A stretch of 64,000 bases of DNA from Octopus sinensis (lineage: Eukaryota): assembly GCF_006345805.1 (NCBI RefSeq), contig NC_043014.1:11532001-11596000 (forward strand). The letters run 5' to 3'. A model generated the notes under the pieces. It was not told the DNA's origin. It saw nothing but the letters and a program-made list of their open reading frames with translations, and made no database searches. The position numbers and the translations under genes are program-made. Positions within the stretch are counted from its first letter, which is position 1. Each line of letters begins with the position of its first letter. This document shows positions 23,992 to 36,184 of this stretch, in pieces.

Positions 23992-24149
23992 CTCTAAGCT
24001 GTAAACTGCATGCCCCCTCTAACACAGTACTGGGTATACATAATTTATATTTGGTTCCAGTTGAGGAAGTATGCTCCAGCATTCAAACTATGTTGTTTTG
24101 AATCTCTAGAAAGTCTCTACACCTTTTCTTTACGGCACTTAAAACTTCT

Positions 24150-24707
24150 GTTGTGTCTGGGGAGAGTCATTTTCTTTTTGTACCTTATAATTTAACACAC
24201 TCACCGGTAAAATTTCCACTTTTTTTCTTATTTTTATTTTCCTAAAATTTTCGTTGCGTCTTGCAACCTTTTCAATAGTCTTGAGTTGCAAGACGTAACG
24301 AAAATTTTAGGAAAATATAAATAAGAAATAAATGGAAATTTTACCGGTGAGTGTGTTAAATTATAAGGCACAAAAGGAAAATGACGAAAGGCTAACATTT
24401 AGGGTTAGGGTTAGTGTTAGTGTTAGGGTAGTGTTGGGGTTAGGGTTAGGGTTAGTGACAGGATGTTGTCTCAGTTTTAGCAAATGATTTTAGGTCAATA
24501 GAGGCCATTGATTGGTTAAAATTCGAAAAATTAAACTACGTTAAACTTACAAATTACAATTTTCTCAAGAAAGCCAAGAGAAAAAAATGTTTTATTTTGA
24601 CACATTCTACCAGTATACGAAGTTTAAAAGTGTTTAGTTAACTAGAAATTGTGTTGAAAAGTGCCGTTCAAAAGGAAAAGATCCAAATGACTCTCCCCAG
24701 ACACAAC
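24150..24707. mobile_element. Hairpin MITE interrupted by a truncated GGATC-ended MITE (24386-24684) carrying TTAGGG-like repeats
   Basis: Outer TIR GTTGTGTCTGGGGAGAGTCATTT / AAATGACTCTCCCCAGACACAAC. Internal hairpin 24165-24385. AAATGAC is duplicated around the insert, which ends GAAAAGATCC. Confidence 0.85.
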
Positions 24708-25104
24708 AAAATATGCTTTAACACACGAACTCATATAAAGAATCTTGCAAACCAAATCCAAAAACGATACTTAAAACTTCGTCTTTCAGGATTAACAGAC
24801 CGAATCTAAAGAAACTGTGATGCTAGATGGTCTTCCAGAAAGCCAGCAGTAGTCTTGATGAATTTCACAGCGCAAGTATTTATTCTATCAAGATAAGAAA
24901 GAAGATTGTATTTTTAAGTGGCTCACAGATTATTATTTTTATTTTTTTGTTTTTGCTTTGGTTCAAGTCTCACTTCAGCACTCAAATTTCAAAATACCGC
25001 TTCACATTGCAAGGGAAACGACTCTTCAGACATTGACCATTAGTTATCGCCCCTAAAAGATTGACTTCTGATAATGCCGACAATTTCTTTTACCTTATTA
25101 AATA

Positions 25105-25500
25105 CTAGCAGTATCGCCCGGCGTTGCTCGGGCTTGTAAGGGCAATAACTATATAAGCATTTTTAGAGATGTAAAGTATAACAGCCATCTCAATATGGCT
25201 AACCACAAAAGGGGTTGTTACTGTAGCTTTTTACGTTCTGAGATTTAATAATACATTTTTAGAGAGTTACTTCCCTTATATAATAGCGAAAAAATGCATT
25301 AAAAATGGGAAAAAATTATGGTAAATTTTTTTTTTTAATCGTAGACTCATCGTAGACGCGCGCTAATACCCAGAAGGGCTCGATATGAATCACGACTATA
25401 AGATACCCGCTTTTGGTTACACTGCACCGCAAAATGTGGGAGTAGTTAGGAATCTAAATCGTAGGAGGCAGACACACAACTTCACTTTTATATATAAAGA
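25105..25500 (-). mobile_element. Non-autonomous Helitron, family 1
   Basis: Same termini and hairpin as 3084-3465. Confidence 0.85.
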
Positions 25501-26025
25501 TATCCCAAGTATAACAACACCTTTTATTTACTCTCCCGAGAACCTTTATACGCGTAACATCCGCAATAACCAAGCTTCCCTGCATTCGACTTAAGTTCAT
25601 AATATGCACGACACATCTGACACAAGTACGGCAATGCACAGAGTCTGTTACACCGGGTTATTATATCCGATCGTTTGTTAATATAATCGACATTAAAATA
25701 ACTGTGTGTGTGTGTGTCTTTTTCACTTGTTGCAGTCGTTGGACACCATTCAGGTCTCAGCCACCATCTTCACGGATTTAGTACTATTTTTTAAAAAATA
25801 CCTTTGCCGAACCGTTATTTCGTGGTGACATAAATAAATCAACATCAGGTGTCAAACACACATACACGCGCGCGCGACTGGCTTCTACACAGTTTCTGTT
25901 CACCAAATTCACTAGCAAGGCAGTGGTCGGTCTGGAGTCCAAGCTCATGATGTCGTGCATCGTTGGAACTATAGCTGAAAGCGTGTTGTTCAAAGCGAGC
26001 TTCCTCACTGCACTCCATGCCTGCG

Positions 26026-26248
26026 CGGCGAGCTGGCAGAAACGTTAGCGCGCTGGGCGAAATGCTTAGCCGTATCTCGTCTGCCGTTACGTTCTGAGTT
26101 CAAATTCCGTCAAGGTCGACTTTGCCTTTCATCCTTTCGGGGTCGTTAAATGAAGGACCAGTTACGCACTGGGGTCGATGTAATCTACTTTATCCATTTG
26201 TCTGCCTTGTTTGTCCCCTCTGTGTTTAGCCCCTTGTGGGTAGTAAAG
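26026..26248 (+). mobile_element. SINE family A monomer
   Basis: GCGGCGAGCTGGCAGAAACG...GTAGTAAAG. Confidence 0.85.
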
Positions 26249-26257
26249 ATATATATA

Positions 26258-26317
<60 letters not shown>

Positions 26318-26422
26318 TATGTTTATATTTATGTTTTCCAGTTTCAGCTCTTGAGCTGTGGCCATGCTGGGGCACCGCCATTTAAATATATATATATATA
26401 TACCGCCATTTATATATATATA

Positions 26423-26828
26423 TATACTCTTTTACTCTTTTACTTGTTTCAATCATTTGACTGCGGCCATGCTGGAGCACCGCCTTTAGTCGTGCAAATC
26501 GACCCCGGGACTTATTCTTTATAAGCCCAGTACTTATTATATCGGTCTCTTTTGCCGAAGCGCTAAGTTACGGGGACGTAAACACACCAGCATCGGTTGT
26601 CAAGCAATGCTAGGGGGACAAACACAGACACACAAGCACACACACATACATATATATATATACATATATACGACTGGCTTCTTTCAGTTTCCGTCTACCA
26701 AATCCACTCACAAGGCATTGGTCGGCCCAGGCTATAGTAGAAGACACTTGCCCAAGGTGCCACGCAGTGGGACTGAACCCGGAACCATGTGGTTGGTTAG
26801 CAAGCTACTTACCACACAGCCACTCCTC
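26423..26828 (-). mobile_element. SINE family B
   Basis: Reverse complement of family B, ending ACCACACAGCCACTCCT. Confidence 0.88.
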
Positions 26829-26934
26829 ATATATATATATGAGGTAGATCCAGCGGATCATGTCAGGTAGCCATAGACAGTGAACCTGCTTTATCGGCGT
26901 ACTACTAGGGACATAACCAACACTTAAACATTAA

Positions 26935-26973
<39 letters not shown>

Positions 26974-27585
26974 TGTGTGTGTGTGTGTGCGTGTGTGTGT
27001 TTGTGTGTATGTGTATCTTTGTGTCTGTCTTTGTCTCTCATTACCGCTTGACAACCGGTGTTTGGCGTGTTTAGATCCCCCGTAACTTAACGGTTCGACA
27101 AAAGAAACCGATAGAATAAATACCAAGCTGGACAAAAAGGAAAAAAATTAAGACAGAAAAATAGAACTGGTCATTCGACTAAAAATTCTTCAAGGCAGTG
27201 CCCCAGGATGGCGTCAGTCTGAAAGAGAAATAAAAGAAAGATAAAAGATAAAGTTGACACTGGTGCGATTTGAACTCAGACTACAGTGATTCGGGACAAA
27301 CACCACCAGGTATTCTATCCTACACTTCAATGACTTTAATGACTAATCGCTGCCTTAATTCAAACATACTGGATTCAAATTTTAGCACGAAGCCAGCAAT
27401 TTCTGAGTAAGGGATAGAGTGAGATGGGGGATAAGTCGATTACATCGACCTCAGTACACGACTGGTACTTATTTCATTAACCTCGAAAGGATGTCGGGAA
27501 TTGAGGTCAGGAAGGGAGACCAGAGTTTAGTTTTGAGCGCTAAAAGGTTTGCATTAAAATAAATATATATAAATAATAATAATAA

Positions 27586-27783
27586 GGACTTACAAACACA
27601 TATAACATACAGAAAATTGCACTACTAGGCACTGCACACATCCTACGCAGAACACTTTCCATACAATAACCATCAGAGCATCACAACAAATCACAGCACA
27701 TACCCAAGGCACTCAGAGCTGCGCTCGGTAGTGAAGTGAAAGCACGCTATCAAAATAAAACTACTGAATAATAATAATAATAA
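27586..27783 (+). mobile_element. 3' end of a restriction-like-endonuclease non-LTR element (R4/Dong-like), (TAA)n tail
   Basis: GLTNTYNIQKIALLGTAHILRRTLSIQ* resembles the C-terminal LQKxxLLGTAxILR motif; followed by a short UTR and an AAT-repeat tail. Confidence 0.65.
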
Positions 27784-28305
27784 TCTTTCTACTATACACC
27801 CAAGGTCTGAAATTTTGGAGGACCCCAGTGTTTCACTGGTACTTAATTTATCAACACCGAAAGGATGAAAAGCAAAGTCGACCTCGGCAGAATTTGAACT
27901 CAGAACGTAAAGACAGACGAATTGCCGCTAAACATTTTGCCCGGCGTACTACCGATTTTGCCAGTTCGCCACCTTAATAAACTTTTCTACTAAAGGCACA
28001 GGGCTTGAAATTTTGTGGGAGGAGACTAGTCGATCACACCAACTAATTTATTGCACATAAATTTTAACAGCAAAATCTTATGTGGCCCCCCGCTCCGAGG
28101 GCCATGTGGGCCCCGACTGAAAACCACTGAAGTAGAACTTTCACGGTAGTACCCCAGTATGGCTGCAGTTCAATGATCAGAACAAATAAATGATAAATAC
28201 AAAAGATGCGATGTTGAAAGACCTAACTAACGAAGAATCCCAGTGGAGGGCCTCGACTTATAACCCTCACCCGAAAATGCTGGTCTTGCGCCGAAATTTA
28301 AAATC

Positions 28306-28306
<1 letters not shown>

Positions 28307-28337
<31 letters not shown>

Positions 28338-28363
28338 TATTATTACTATTATTATTATTATTA

Positions 28364-28406
<43 letters not shown>

Positions 28407-28471
28407 CATTATTACTATATTATTACTATTATTATTATTATTATTACTATTACTATTACTATTGTTATTAC

Positions 28472-28522
<51 letters not shown>

Positions 28523-28880
28523 GCTATTACATTGCTATTTATTATCATTATTATTATTATTATTACTATTATTACTATTATATTATTATTACTATTATTA
28601 CTATTATTTATTATCTATTATTACTATTATTATTATATTACTATTGTATTACTTATTACTTATATTTAATTATTATTTACTATTATATAATTATATTATC
28701 ATTATTATTATTATTATTCTATTATTATTATTATATTATTATTATTACTATTATTATTACTATTATTACTATTATTATTATTATTATTACTTTTACTATT
28801 ACAATTATTATTACTATTATTACTATTACAATTACCATTATTATTACTATTATTAATATTATTACTATTATTATTATAAT

Positions 28881-28933
<53 letters not shown>
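28307..28933. repeat. (ATT)n/(ACT)n compound microsatellite
   Basis: Direct inspection. Confidence 0.97.
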
Positions 28934-29590
28934 AGGCAGACCTTTCTGGGTTCAAATTCCGACGAATTCACCTTTTATCCTTTGGAGGTTGGTGTAATGA
29001 ATAAATTAGTACAGCAGAGACTGTTTCGTTAAAAATAATGATTAAATACTTCTTTATTCGGCGCAAGGCCTAAAAACACAGAGGGGGGGGGGCGATACAA
29101 GGACAGACAGAGACAGTCACCATGGGGACATAAAATGTAAAAATGATGAATGAAATCAATATATAAAATGAGAATTAACGTCCTTGCCGTTAAAAATAAT
29201 TATAACATTCATTCACACTTAAATAATAAGAAAGATATAGAAGACAAAATGACATTGATTCTTTCATAATCCATATCGAATGATGACGACGTTATGAAAA
29301 AAAAAAAAAAAAACTAACCAACGATACTCAACAATTTGACATCAAATTCATTGACTGACATCAGCAAAATTATTGACGAAGTAAAAATTGTTGATAGTTC
29401 ATCGATTTCGTTAGTATGAAAAAGCAAGAGCGAATGATAAATAAACAGGCTGTCACAGACAGAGAGTGACAAAGCAAACTAACAAAAGAACAGAGAACGG
29501 GACACTGTCTTTTGTTCACATCAGTTGATATTCATTATCAGCTGATGTCAACATCAGCTGATAGTGAATAGCGGCCGGGCTCATCAAATT

Positions 29591-30063
29591 TGGTTACCAA
29601 CCCGGCTGAAACCGGCTCTGGCTCTGAGTACAAATGTCTTGTTTACATAAGTTTTGAATTAAAATCTTCTATCAAATCTTAGTCACAATTTATGTTGCTA
29701 ACACTAGCTTAATGATAACTAAGTTGTTTTACTAAATTCTTTGTTATATTTTAAATTAATAGAAAGAAACACAGAGCATCTCAACAGAAATTTGGTAAGA
29801 AAAAGGTAAAAATATATAATAAAGAAACAATTTTTAACCCTTTCGATACCAACCTGGCTAAAACCACTTCTGGCTCCTGTAGTACAAATGTCTTGTTTAA
29901 ATAAGTTATAAATTAAAATCTTCTATCAAACCTTAGTCACAATTTATGTTTCTAACACTAGCTTAATGATAAGTAATTTATTTTACTAAATTCTTTGTTA
30001 TATTTAAAGTAATTAAAAGAAACACAGAGCATCTCAAAATAAATACAGTAATGAGAGGGTTAA
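29591..30063 (-). mobile_element. piggyBac-like MITE tandem dimer
   Basis: Second unit is bounded by TTAA-CCCT...AGGG-TTAA (29834-30063). Reverse complement of the units at 51828-52562, including the 24-bp spacer. Confidence 0.8.
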
Positions 30064-30501
30064 GACGATTTGGCACTGCTGCTGGGACACTAATGATTTT
30101 GTACGGATGACTGGATAGTCAACCAGTTTTGGCGATAGTACTTTTTAGCACTGGAGACAAACACAAACACATGCGTGCGCGCAGAAATATACACATAAGA
30201 GATTGTAAAGGTTTGAGAGAGATATAGAGATAGAGGGATTACACTCACTAGATGCTCACACACATAAACAACGAGAGAGATGGGGAGAGAGAGAGGGAGG
30301 GAGTGATCGAAGGGAACATTAAAAATTCTGATGTCAAATAAGTCAGCGTTGAATCTGCGACACTAAGCAGGTGGCGCCAAAAAGGCGTGCCAAAACGTCT
30401 CATACCTCAGATAGGAAGAGTCTGGAACATGAAGAGACCTATCTCCAACTAGCATAGGGCTAGGCTAAGGCTATTGACACTCATATCCATTCACTTACTC
30501 T

Positions 30502-30550
<49 letters not shown>

Positions 30551-30804
30551 CTCTCTCTATTGCTCTGCCTGTCTGTTTCTGTCTCTCATCAACCCACGGC
30601 CATAGAAGGTATCTAACAAAGTCACAACTTTGAGCCGAACTTTCTGATATTTTTTTTCTATTTTCCATGAACTGTTGTGTTCAATACAAGCTTTTAATAA
30701 TGGTTTCAAATCTTGGTACAAGGCCAGCAATTTCGGGCGAGTTAGTCGATTACATCGACCTCATTACGCAACTGGTACTAAGTTTATCGACCCTCGAAAG
30801 GATT

Positions 30805-31923
30805 TGTAGAAGGACCGTGCGAAAAGGAGAGGTGACAAATGAATGACTCCTTTAAACACCGCACGGTCGCCTTACAATAAAAACCACAATGTGAATAAAT
30901 GAATATGAGTGCCAGAAGGAATAAGGAGAAGACGACATAACCGATAGAATGTTTAGAGAAAGGTTTATTTAGATGTTAGCAGAGTTTATGTCCGTGTGTG
31001 ACATAAGTACTTACATAATGATAATAATAATAATAGACAAGCCGTCATGCATACAATAATGTGTATGTGTGCTAGCAGAGTGTGTCTGTGTGTGCGCGTT
31101 ATAAGTACATATATAATAAGAACAATAAGACAGGCCGTCAAGCATACAATAATGTATATGTGTGTGTACAAACAAGGTGTATACGTGTGAGATAAAATAC
31201 AGAGCATAGAAATGAGTCTATAACAGGACGTTAGAGGTTCAGACACAAGATGAAGATAATACCAGTTCGTAGTAAGTTACACAATAGTTAGTTCTGTACA
31301 ATAAGTTGAGGTCACAAGGCAGAGGCCGGTTGAACACGTCGTGTAGCGGTTGTGGCTTCTATGCTGTACCGGGTTACTTGATACAGGAAATACTCGCAGG
31401 TAGGGCTAGCTGTTAACCATGGGGAAGTACTTACAAACAGCGTGAAGTTAAACCTGGGCGAATGTTGGCGTCGATAAGTTGAAGGCGACGGAGATGGAGA
31501 TGGCCTTAAGATTGAAGGCGACGTTAAGATGAAGGTGACCGTGGTGAAGGTCCTGAAATGCTGTTGGTGTAGTCTGTCGCTGGAACTGGCTGTGTCGCTG
31601 GGTGCTCTGTGGTCAGAGGTTAGTCCTTAGAAGGACTAGAACGAAAGACACGATATGGTGTATTGCTGAAGCTTTTATAGCAAATTATAGGCTCAAATGG
31701 AGCATTTAGAAGACTGTGTCACGGGCCTTATCAGAAGGCTGCGATTGGTTGGGTCGCACATTGGCGCGAAATAAAGCAAGAGACAATCTGCACCAAAACC
31801 AACCAATCAGAGTAGTGGACACAACAGGGCCCAAGCGGCCGAAGGTTAACTGTTATCTGCTACGTCCGTATTTGTGTTATATATGTCAGAGAGAAAGGAT
31901 TAATTTCACTAAGTTCTGCTACA
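30805..31923 (-). mobile_element. Solo LTR (Gypsy-like by 4-bp TSD) inserted in a family A SINE
   Basis: Termini TGTAG...CTACA. TSD GATT at 30801-04 and 31924-27. SINE sequence GAAAGGATT|AAAGGCGAAGTCG resumes across it. Minus-strand CCAAT motifs, TATAAAA (31673-79) and AATAAA (30965-70) occur in U3-R order. Confidence 0.85.
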
Positions 31924-32597
31924 GATTAAAGGCGAAGTCGATTCCAGTGGAACTTAAAACTCAGATCGTAAAAATGGACGAAAGCTGCTTCGCATTTTGT
32001 CCGGTGTGCTAACGATTCTGCCACCTCGCCACCTTACAAGTTTTTAAGAAGTAAATATATGATGCATAGAAAAATGAACAATTGCTCTTCTTATCAAGCC
32101 ACCTTCCCAACATACCTTATTTCCTAGTGTTACGTTGGTGACGTTATTATCATTGTTAAACTGGTGACTCACCTCGACAGACAACACAGCTGCCTTTACG
32201 CAACACGAATTTTGTGACATCCAACTCTTTATGACGTCATATATCCAGAAAGTATGCTGCCTTTGACCTTTCGGCAGATACCTCCAAGCAAGCACAACAA
32301 AAAAGGGAAGAAAAAAAGCGCGAAAACACACACACACACACAAAGCAACTTCTTAAACTTTCTGCAAATCTTTTTACTTGGTAACGCTTTTTACTAAGAC
32401 GATCTTTTTCCATTGTTAGAAAGACTTTTTTACTAAGCAAAACAACAACAACAAAAATAGATATTTCACTGTTATTTCAAATTTCTCATGTTTGATTCCC
32501 TTTTGTAACTGCTATTTCTAGCACTGAATACTCTCGTGTTTGTTTTTGTTTTCTTCATTGGCTTATATTACATGTCTTTTTGTTTTTTCATTTAAAT

Positions 32598-32856
32598 TAC
32601 TCTTTTACTCTTTTACTTGTTTCAGTCATTTGACTGCGGCCATGCTGGAGCACCGCCTTTAATCGAGCAACTCGACCCCGGGACTTATTCTTTTGTAAGC
32701 CCAGTACTTATTCTATCGGTCTCTTTTGCCGAACCGCTAAGTGACGGGGACATAAACACACCAGCATCTGTTGTCAAGCAATGCTAGGGGAACAAACACA
32801 GACACACAACACACACACAACACACACACACACACCACACACACACACACACACAC

Positions 32857-32923
<67 letters not shown>

Positions 32924-33092
32924 CATATATACGACGGGCTTCTTTCAGTTTCCGTCTACCAAATCCACTCACAAGGCTTTGGTCGGCCCGAGGCTATAGT
33001 AGAAGACACTTACCCAAGATGCCACGCAGTGGGACTGAACCCGGAACCATGTGGCTGGTAAACAAGCTACTTACCACACAGCCACTCCTGCC
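32598..33092 (-). mobile_element. SINE family B with expanded internal CA/TA tract
   Basis: Reverse complement of family B, tail to head. Confidence 0.88.
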
Positions 33093-33174
33093 TTTACTTT
33101 GTTTACGTACACGCTTTAATTTCATTACTTGGGTACACAAGTACTCTTCTCCGCATACAAAACACGAATATTAG

Positions 33175-33897
33175 TTTCAAAGTTTAGGCACGAGGCCAAC
33201 AAGCTCAGGAGAGGGGCTAAGTCGATTACATCGACTCCATTGCTCAACTGGTACCTATTTTAGGATGAAAGGATTAAAGGCAAAGTCGACCTTGGCGGAA
33301 TTTGAACTCAGAACGTAAAGACAGACGAAATGCCGCTAAGCATTACGCCGGCGTGCTAACAATTCTGCCTGCTCGCTGCCTTTTAGTACTTTCATAATAG
33401 TGATTTAAAATTTTTGCACAAGGCCAGAAGTTTTAAGGGAGAGGGTAAGTCGATTACATCAACCCCCAGTGCTCAACTGGTACTTGTTTTATTGACCCAG
33501 AAAGGATGAAAGGCAAAATTGGTCTCGGTGGAATTTGAACTCAGAACGTACAGACAGACGAAATGCCTGTTTCTTTACTACCCACAAGGGGCTAAACACA
33601 GAGAGGACAAACAAGAACAGACAAACGGAATTTGAACTCAGAACGTAACGGCAGACGAAATACCTATTTCTTTACTACCCACAAGGGGCTAAACACAGAA
33701 GGGACAAACAAGGACAGACAACGGAATTTGAACTCAGAACGTAACGGCAGACGAAATACCTATTTCTTTACTACCCACAAGGGGCTAAACACAGAAGGGA
33801 CAAACAAGAACAGACAAACGGAATTTGAACTCAGAACGTAACGGCAGACGAAATACCGCTAAGCATTTTTCCTGGGGTGCTTAAAGGTTCGCCGTTT
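33175..33897 (-). mobile_element. Cluster of family A SINEs ending in 3 tandem ~96-bp deletion-derivative units and a head
   Basis: Units near 33571, 33668 and 33764 with junction GACAAACGGAATTTGAAC. Confidence 0.85.
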
Positions 33898-34148
33898 TAC
33901 ACAACACAAATATTAACATGTCCTCTTTGCTTTTTGCACATTATTTTTTGTACACATTTACTTGCATGTCTTAAATGCACAGATGTAACAACAGCCAGTT
34001 TCTTTCAGTAGTTTCAACCCTGCTAACTTCATGTCCATCACGTAGTGACCCTTGTAAAAATCTTACAGCATGGCAATGTTCAACTTTCTGAACAACGTCT
34101 CATTTATAAACTACTAATCTACATACACCAACGTTCAATTCTTATTTC

Positions 34149-34810
34149 TTAGCGGTATTTCGTCTGCCGTTACGTTCTGAGTTCAAATTCCGTTTGTCTG
34201 TCCTTGTTTGTCCCTTCTGTGTTTAGCCCCTTGTGGGTAGTAAAGAAAGGCGGCGAGCTGGCAGACACGTTAGCACGTCGGGCGAAATGCTTAGCGGTAT
34301 TTCGTCTGCCGTTACGTTGTGAGTTCAAATTCCGCCGAGGTCGACTTTACCTTTCATCCTTTCGGGGTCGATAAATTAAGTACCAGTTACGCACTGGGGT
34401 CGATGTAATCGACTTAATACCTATGTCTGTCCTTGTTTGTCCCTTCTATGTTTAGCCCCTTATGGGTAATAAAGAAATGGGTAGTAAAGAAATAGGTATT
34501 TCGTCTGCCGTTACGTTCTGAGTTCAAATTCCGTTTGTCTGTCCTTGTTTGTCCCTTCTGTGTTTAGCCCCTTGTGGGTAGTAAAGAAATAGGTATTTCG
34601 TCTGCCGTTACGTTCTGAGTTCAAATTCCGTTTGTCTGTCCTTGTTTGTCCCTTCTGTGTTTAGCCCCTTGTGGGTAGTAAAGAAATAGGTATTTCGTCT
34701 GCCGTTACGTTATGAGTTCAATTTCCGCCGAAGTCGACTTTGCTTTTCATCCTTTCGGGGTCGATAAATTAAGTACCAGTTGCGTACTGGGGTCGATCTA
34801 ATCGACTGGC
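34149..34810 (+). mobile_element. Family A SINE mosaic with the same ~96-bp deletion units, opposite orientation
   Basis: GTTCAAATTCCGTTTGTC junction near 34160-34180, 34520-34540 and 34620-34640, plus a full head at 34248. Confidence 0.85.
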
Positions 34811-35259
34811 CCCCTCCCCCTAAATTTCGGGCTATGTGCCTAGAGTAGAAAAGAATGTTTTCTTATTTTGCAAAGGTTTCCTGTGTTCGTTTTCCGCGTG
34901 TATGCTTTCATTTTATTGGAACACTTACCTGTTTCTGCATTTTCCTTATGGCAACAGACATGCATTCAATACCACACATGCACCCAAATATTCGTACGCT
35001 CAGCAACGTTTACCAAACCTGTATCATGCCTAAGCTATAGTTCCCGACACTTTTCGTTCCTTGACAACAGTTCACACCACACTACTACACTTTTCTTCTG
35101 CTCCTAACCTTGCTACACAACTTAGGTTGACCAGACAACCAGACATGTTAACACCATTTACTATATTCTAGCATTTACAAACAGGAAAACAGATTATGCT
35201 TTCTGTGATTTTTCTTTCTAACATTTATGATTATCCCCTATAAGACTTCGCTCTTGTTA

Positions 35260-35923
35260 TCTATATATATAAAACTGTAGTTGTGTGAGTGTCTGTCCCC
35301 TTCGATTTAGATTCCTAACTACTCCCACATTTTGCGGTGCAGTTTAACCAAATTCGGGTATCTTATAGTCGTGATTCATATCGAGCCCTTCTGGGTATTA
35401 GCGCGCGTCTACGATGAGTCTACGATCTTAAAAATAATTTAACATCATTTTTTATTCCATTTTAATGCATAATTTTTCGTGTGTCGATGGCGGCAGAGTT
35501 GGCGTCCATGCTCACAGCTGCACCTGTTTGCTTCTCCCCCTTCTTCCCTCCCTCGTGAAGCTGTGGGGAAGGGAGTGTAAGGAAATCAACGTCGTAATGT
35601 GTTGTCAAGAGGACCAGCGTTCTTTTAGAACAACGACTTCATGGCTTGAAGACACCAAAACAGAAATGGCTAAGAAAGCGTCTACATGAGTCTACGATTT
35701 AAAAAAAAATTTACCATCATTTTTTCCATTTTAATGCATTTTTTCGCTATTATATAAGGGAAGTAACTCTCTAAAAATGTCTACGATGAGTCAACGATTT
35801 AAAAAAAAAATTACCATAATTTTTTATTCCATTTTTAATGCGTTTTTTTGCTATTTTTTTGCTATAACTCTCTAAAAATGCTTATATAGTTATTTCCCTT
35901 ACAAATCCGAGCGATACTGCTAG
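35260..35923 (+). mobile_element. Non-autonomous Helitron, family 1, with internal extra segment and deleted 3' hairpin
   Basis: 5' A|TCTATATATATAAAA and 3' CTAG|T. Extra ~220 bp (35470-35685) lies between repeats of GCGTCTAC(G)ATGAGTCTACGAT. CCGAGCGATACTGCTAG lacks the hairpin loop. Confidence 0.8.
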
Positions 35924-35980
35924 TAATATATATAAAGGAAGCTTACTGGGCTCAGTGCATCCAGCATGTTTTTTTCTTTC

Positions 35981-36167
35981 TAGTTGTCATATTTGTTTTA
36001 CAAAGAACACCTGTTCATAACTACAGTGCCAGGCACACTTCGTCTCTGCACTTCCTTGCCATAAATCCTTGATGTACCATGAGTTGAGAATATATGGTTT
36101 TTGAGCTATGCAAACTTGCGGCTTGCACATCTGTGCAGATTAACTGCTTGCGTCATATACAAACTGA
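35981..36167 (+). repeat. Left arm of 187-bp inverted repeat
   Basis: Reverse complement of 37716-37902 with few substitutions. Confidence 0.92.
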
Positions 36168-36184
36168 CTTTGATAGTATGAAAC

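Noticed and set aside
23866-24455. Chromosome end or telomere fusion
   Set aside because: Only a few imperfect hexamers, embedded within MITE copies.
28190-29004. Poly-L/Y/I/T ORFs
   Set aside because: (ATT)n/(ACT)n microsatellite artefacts.
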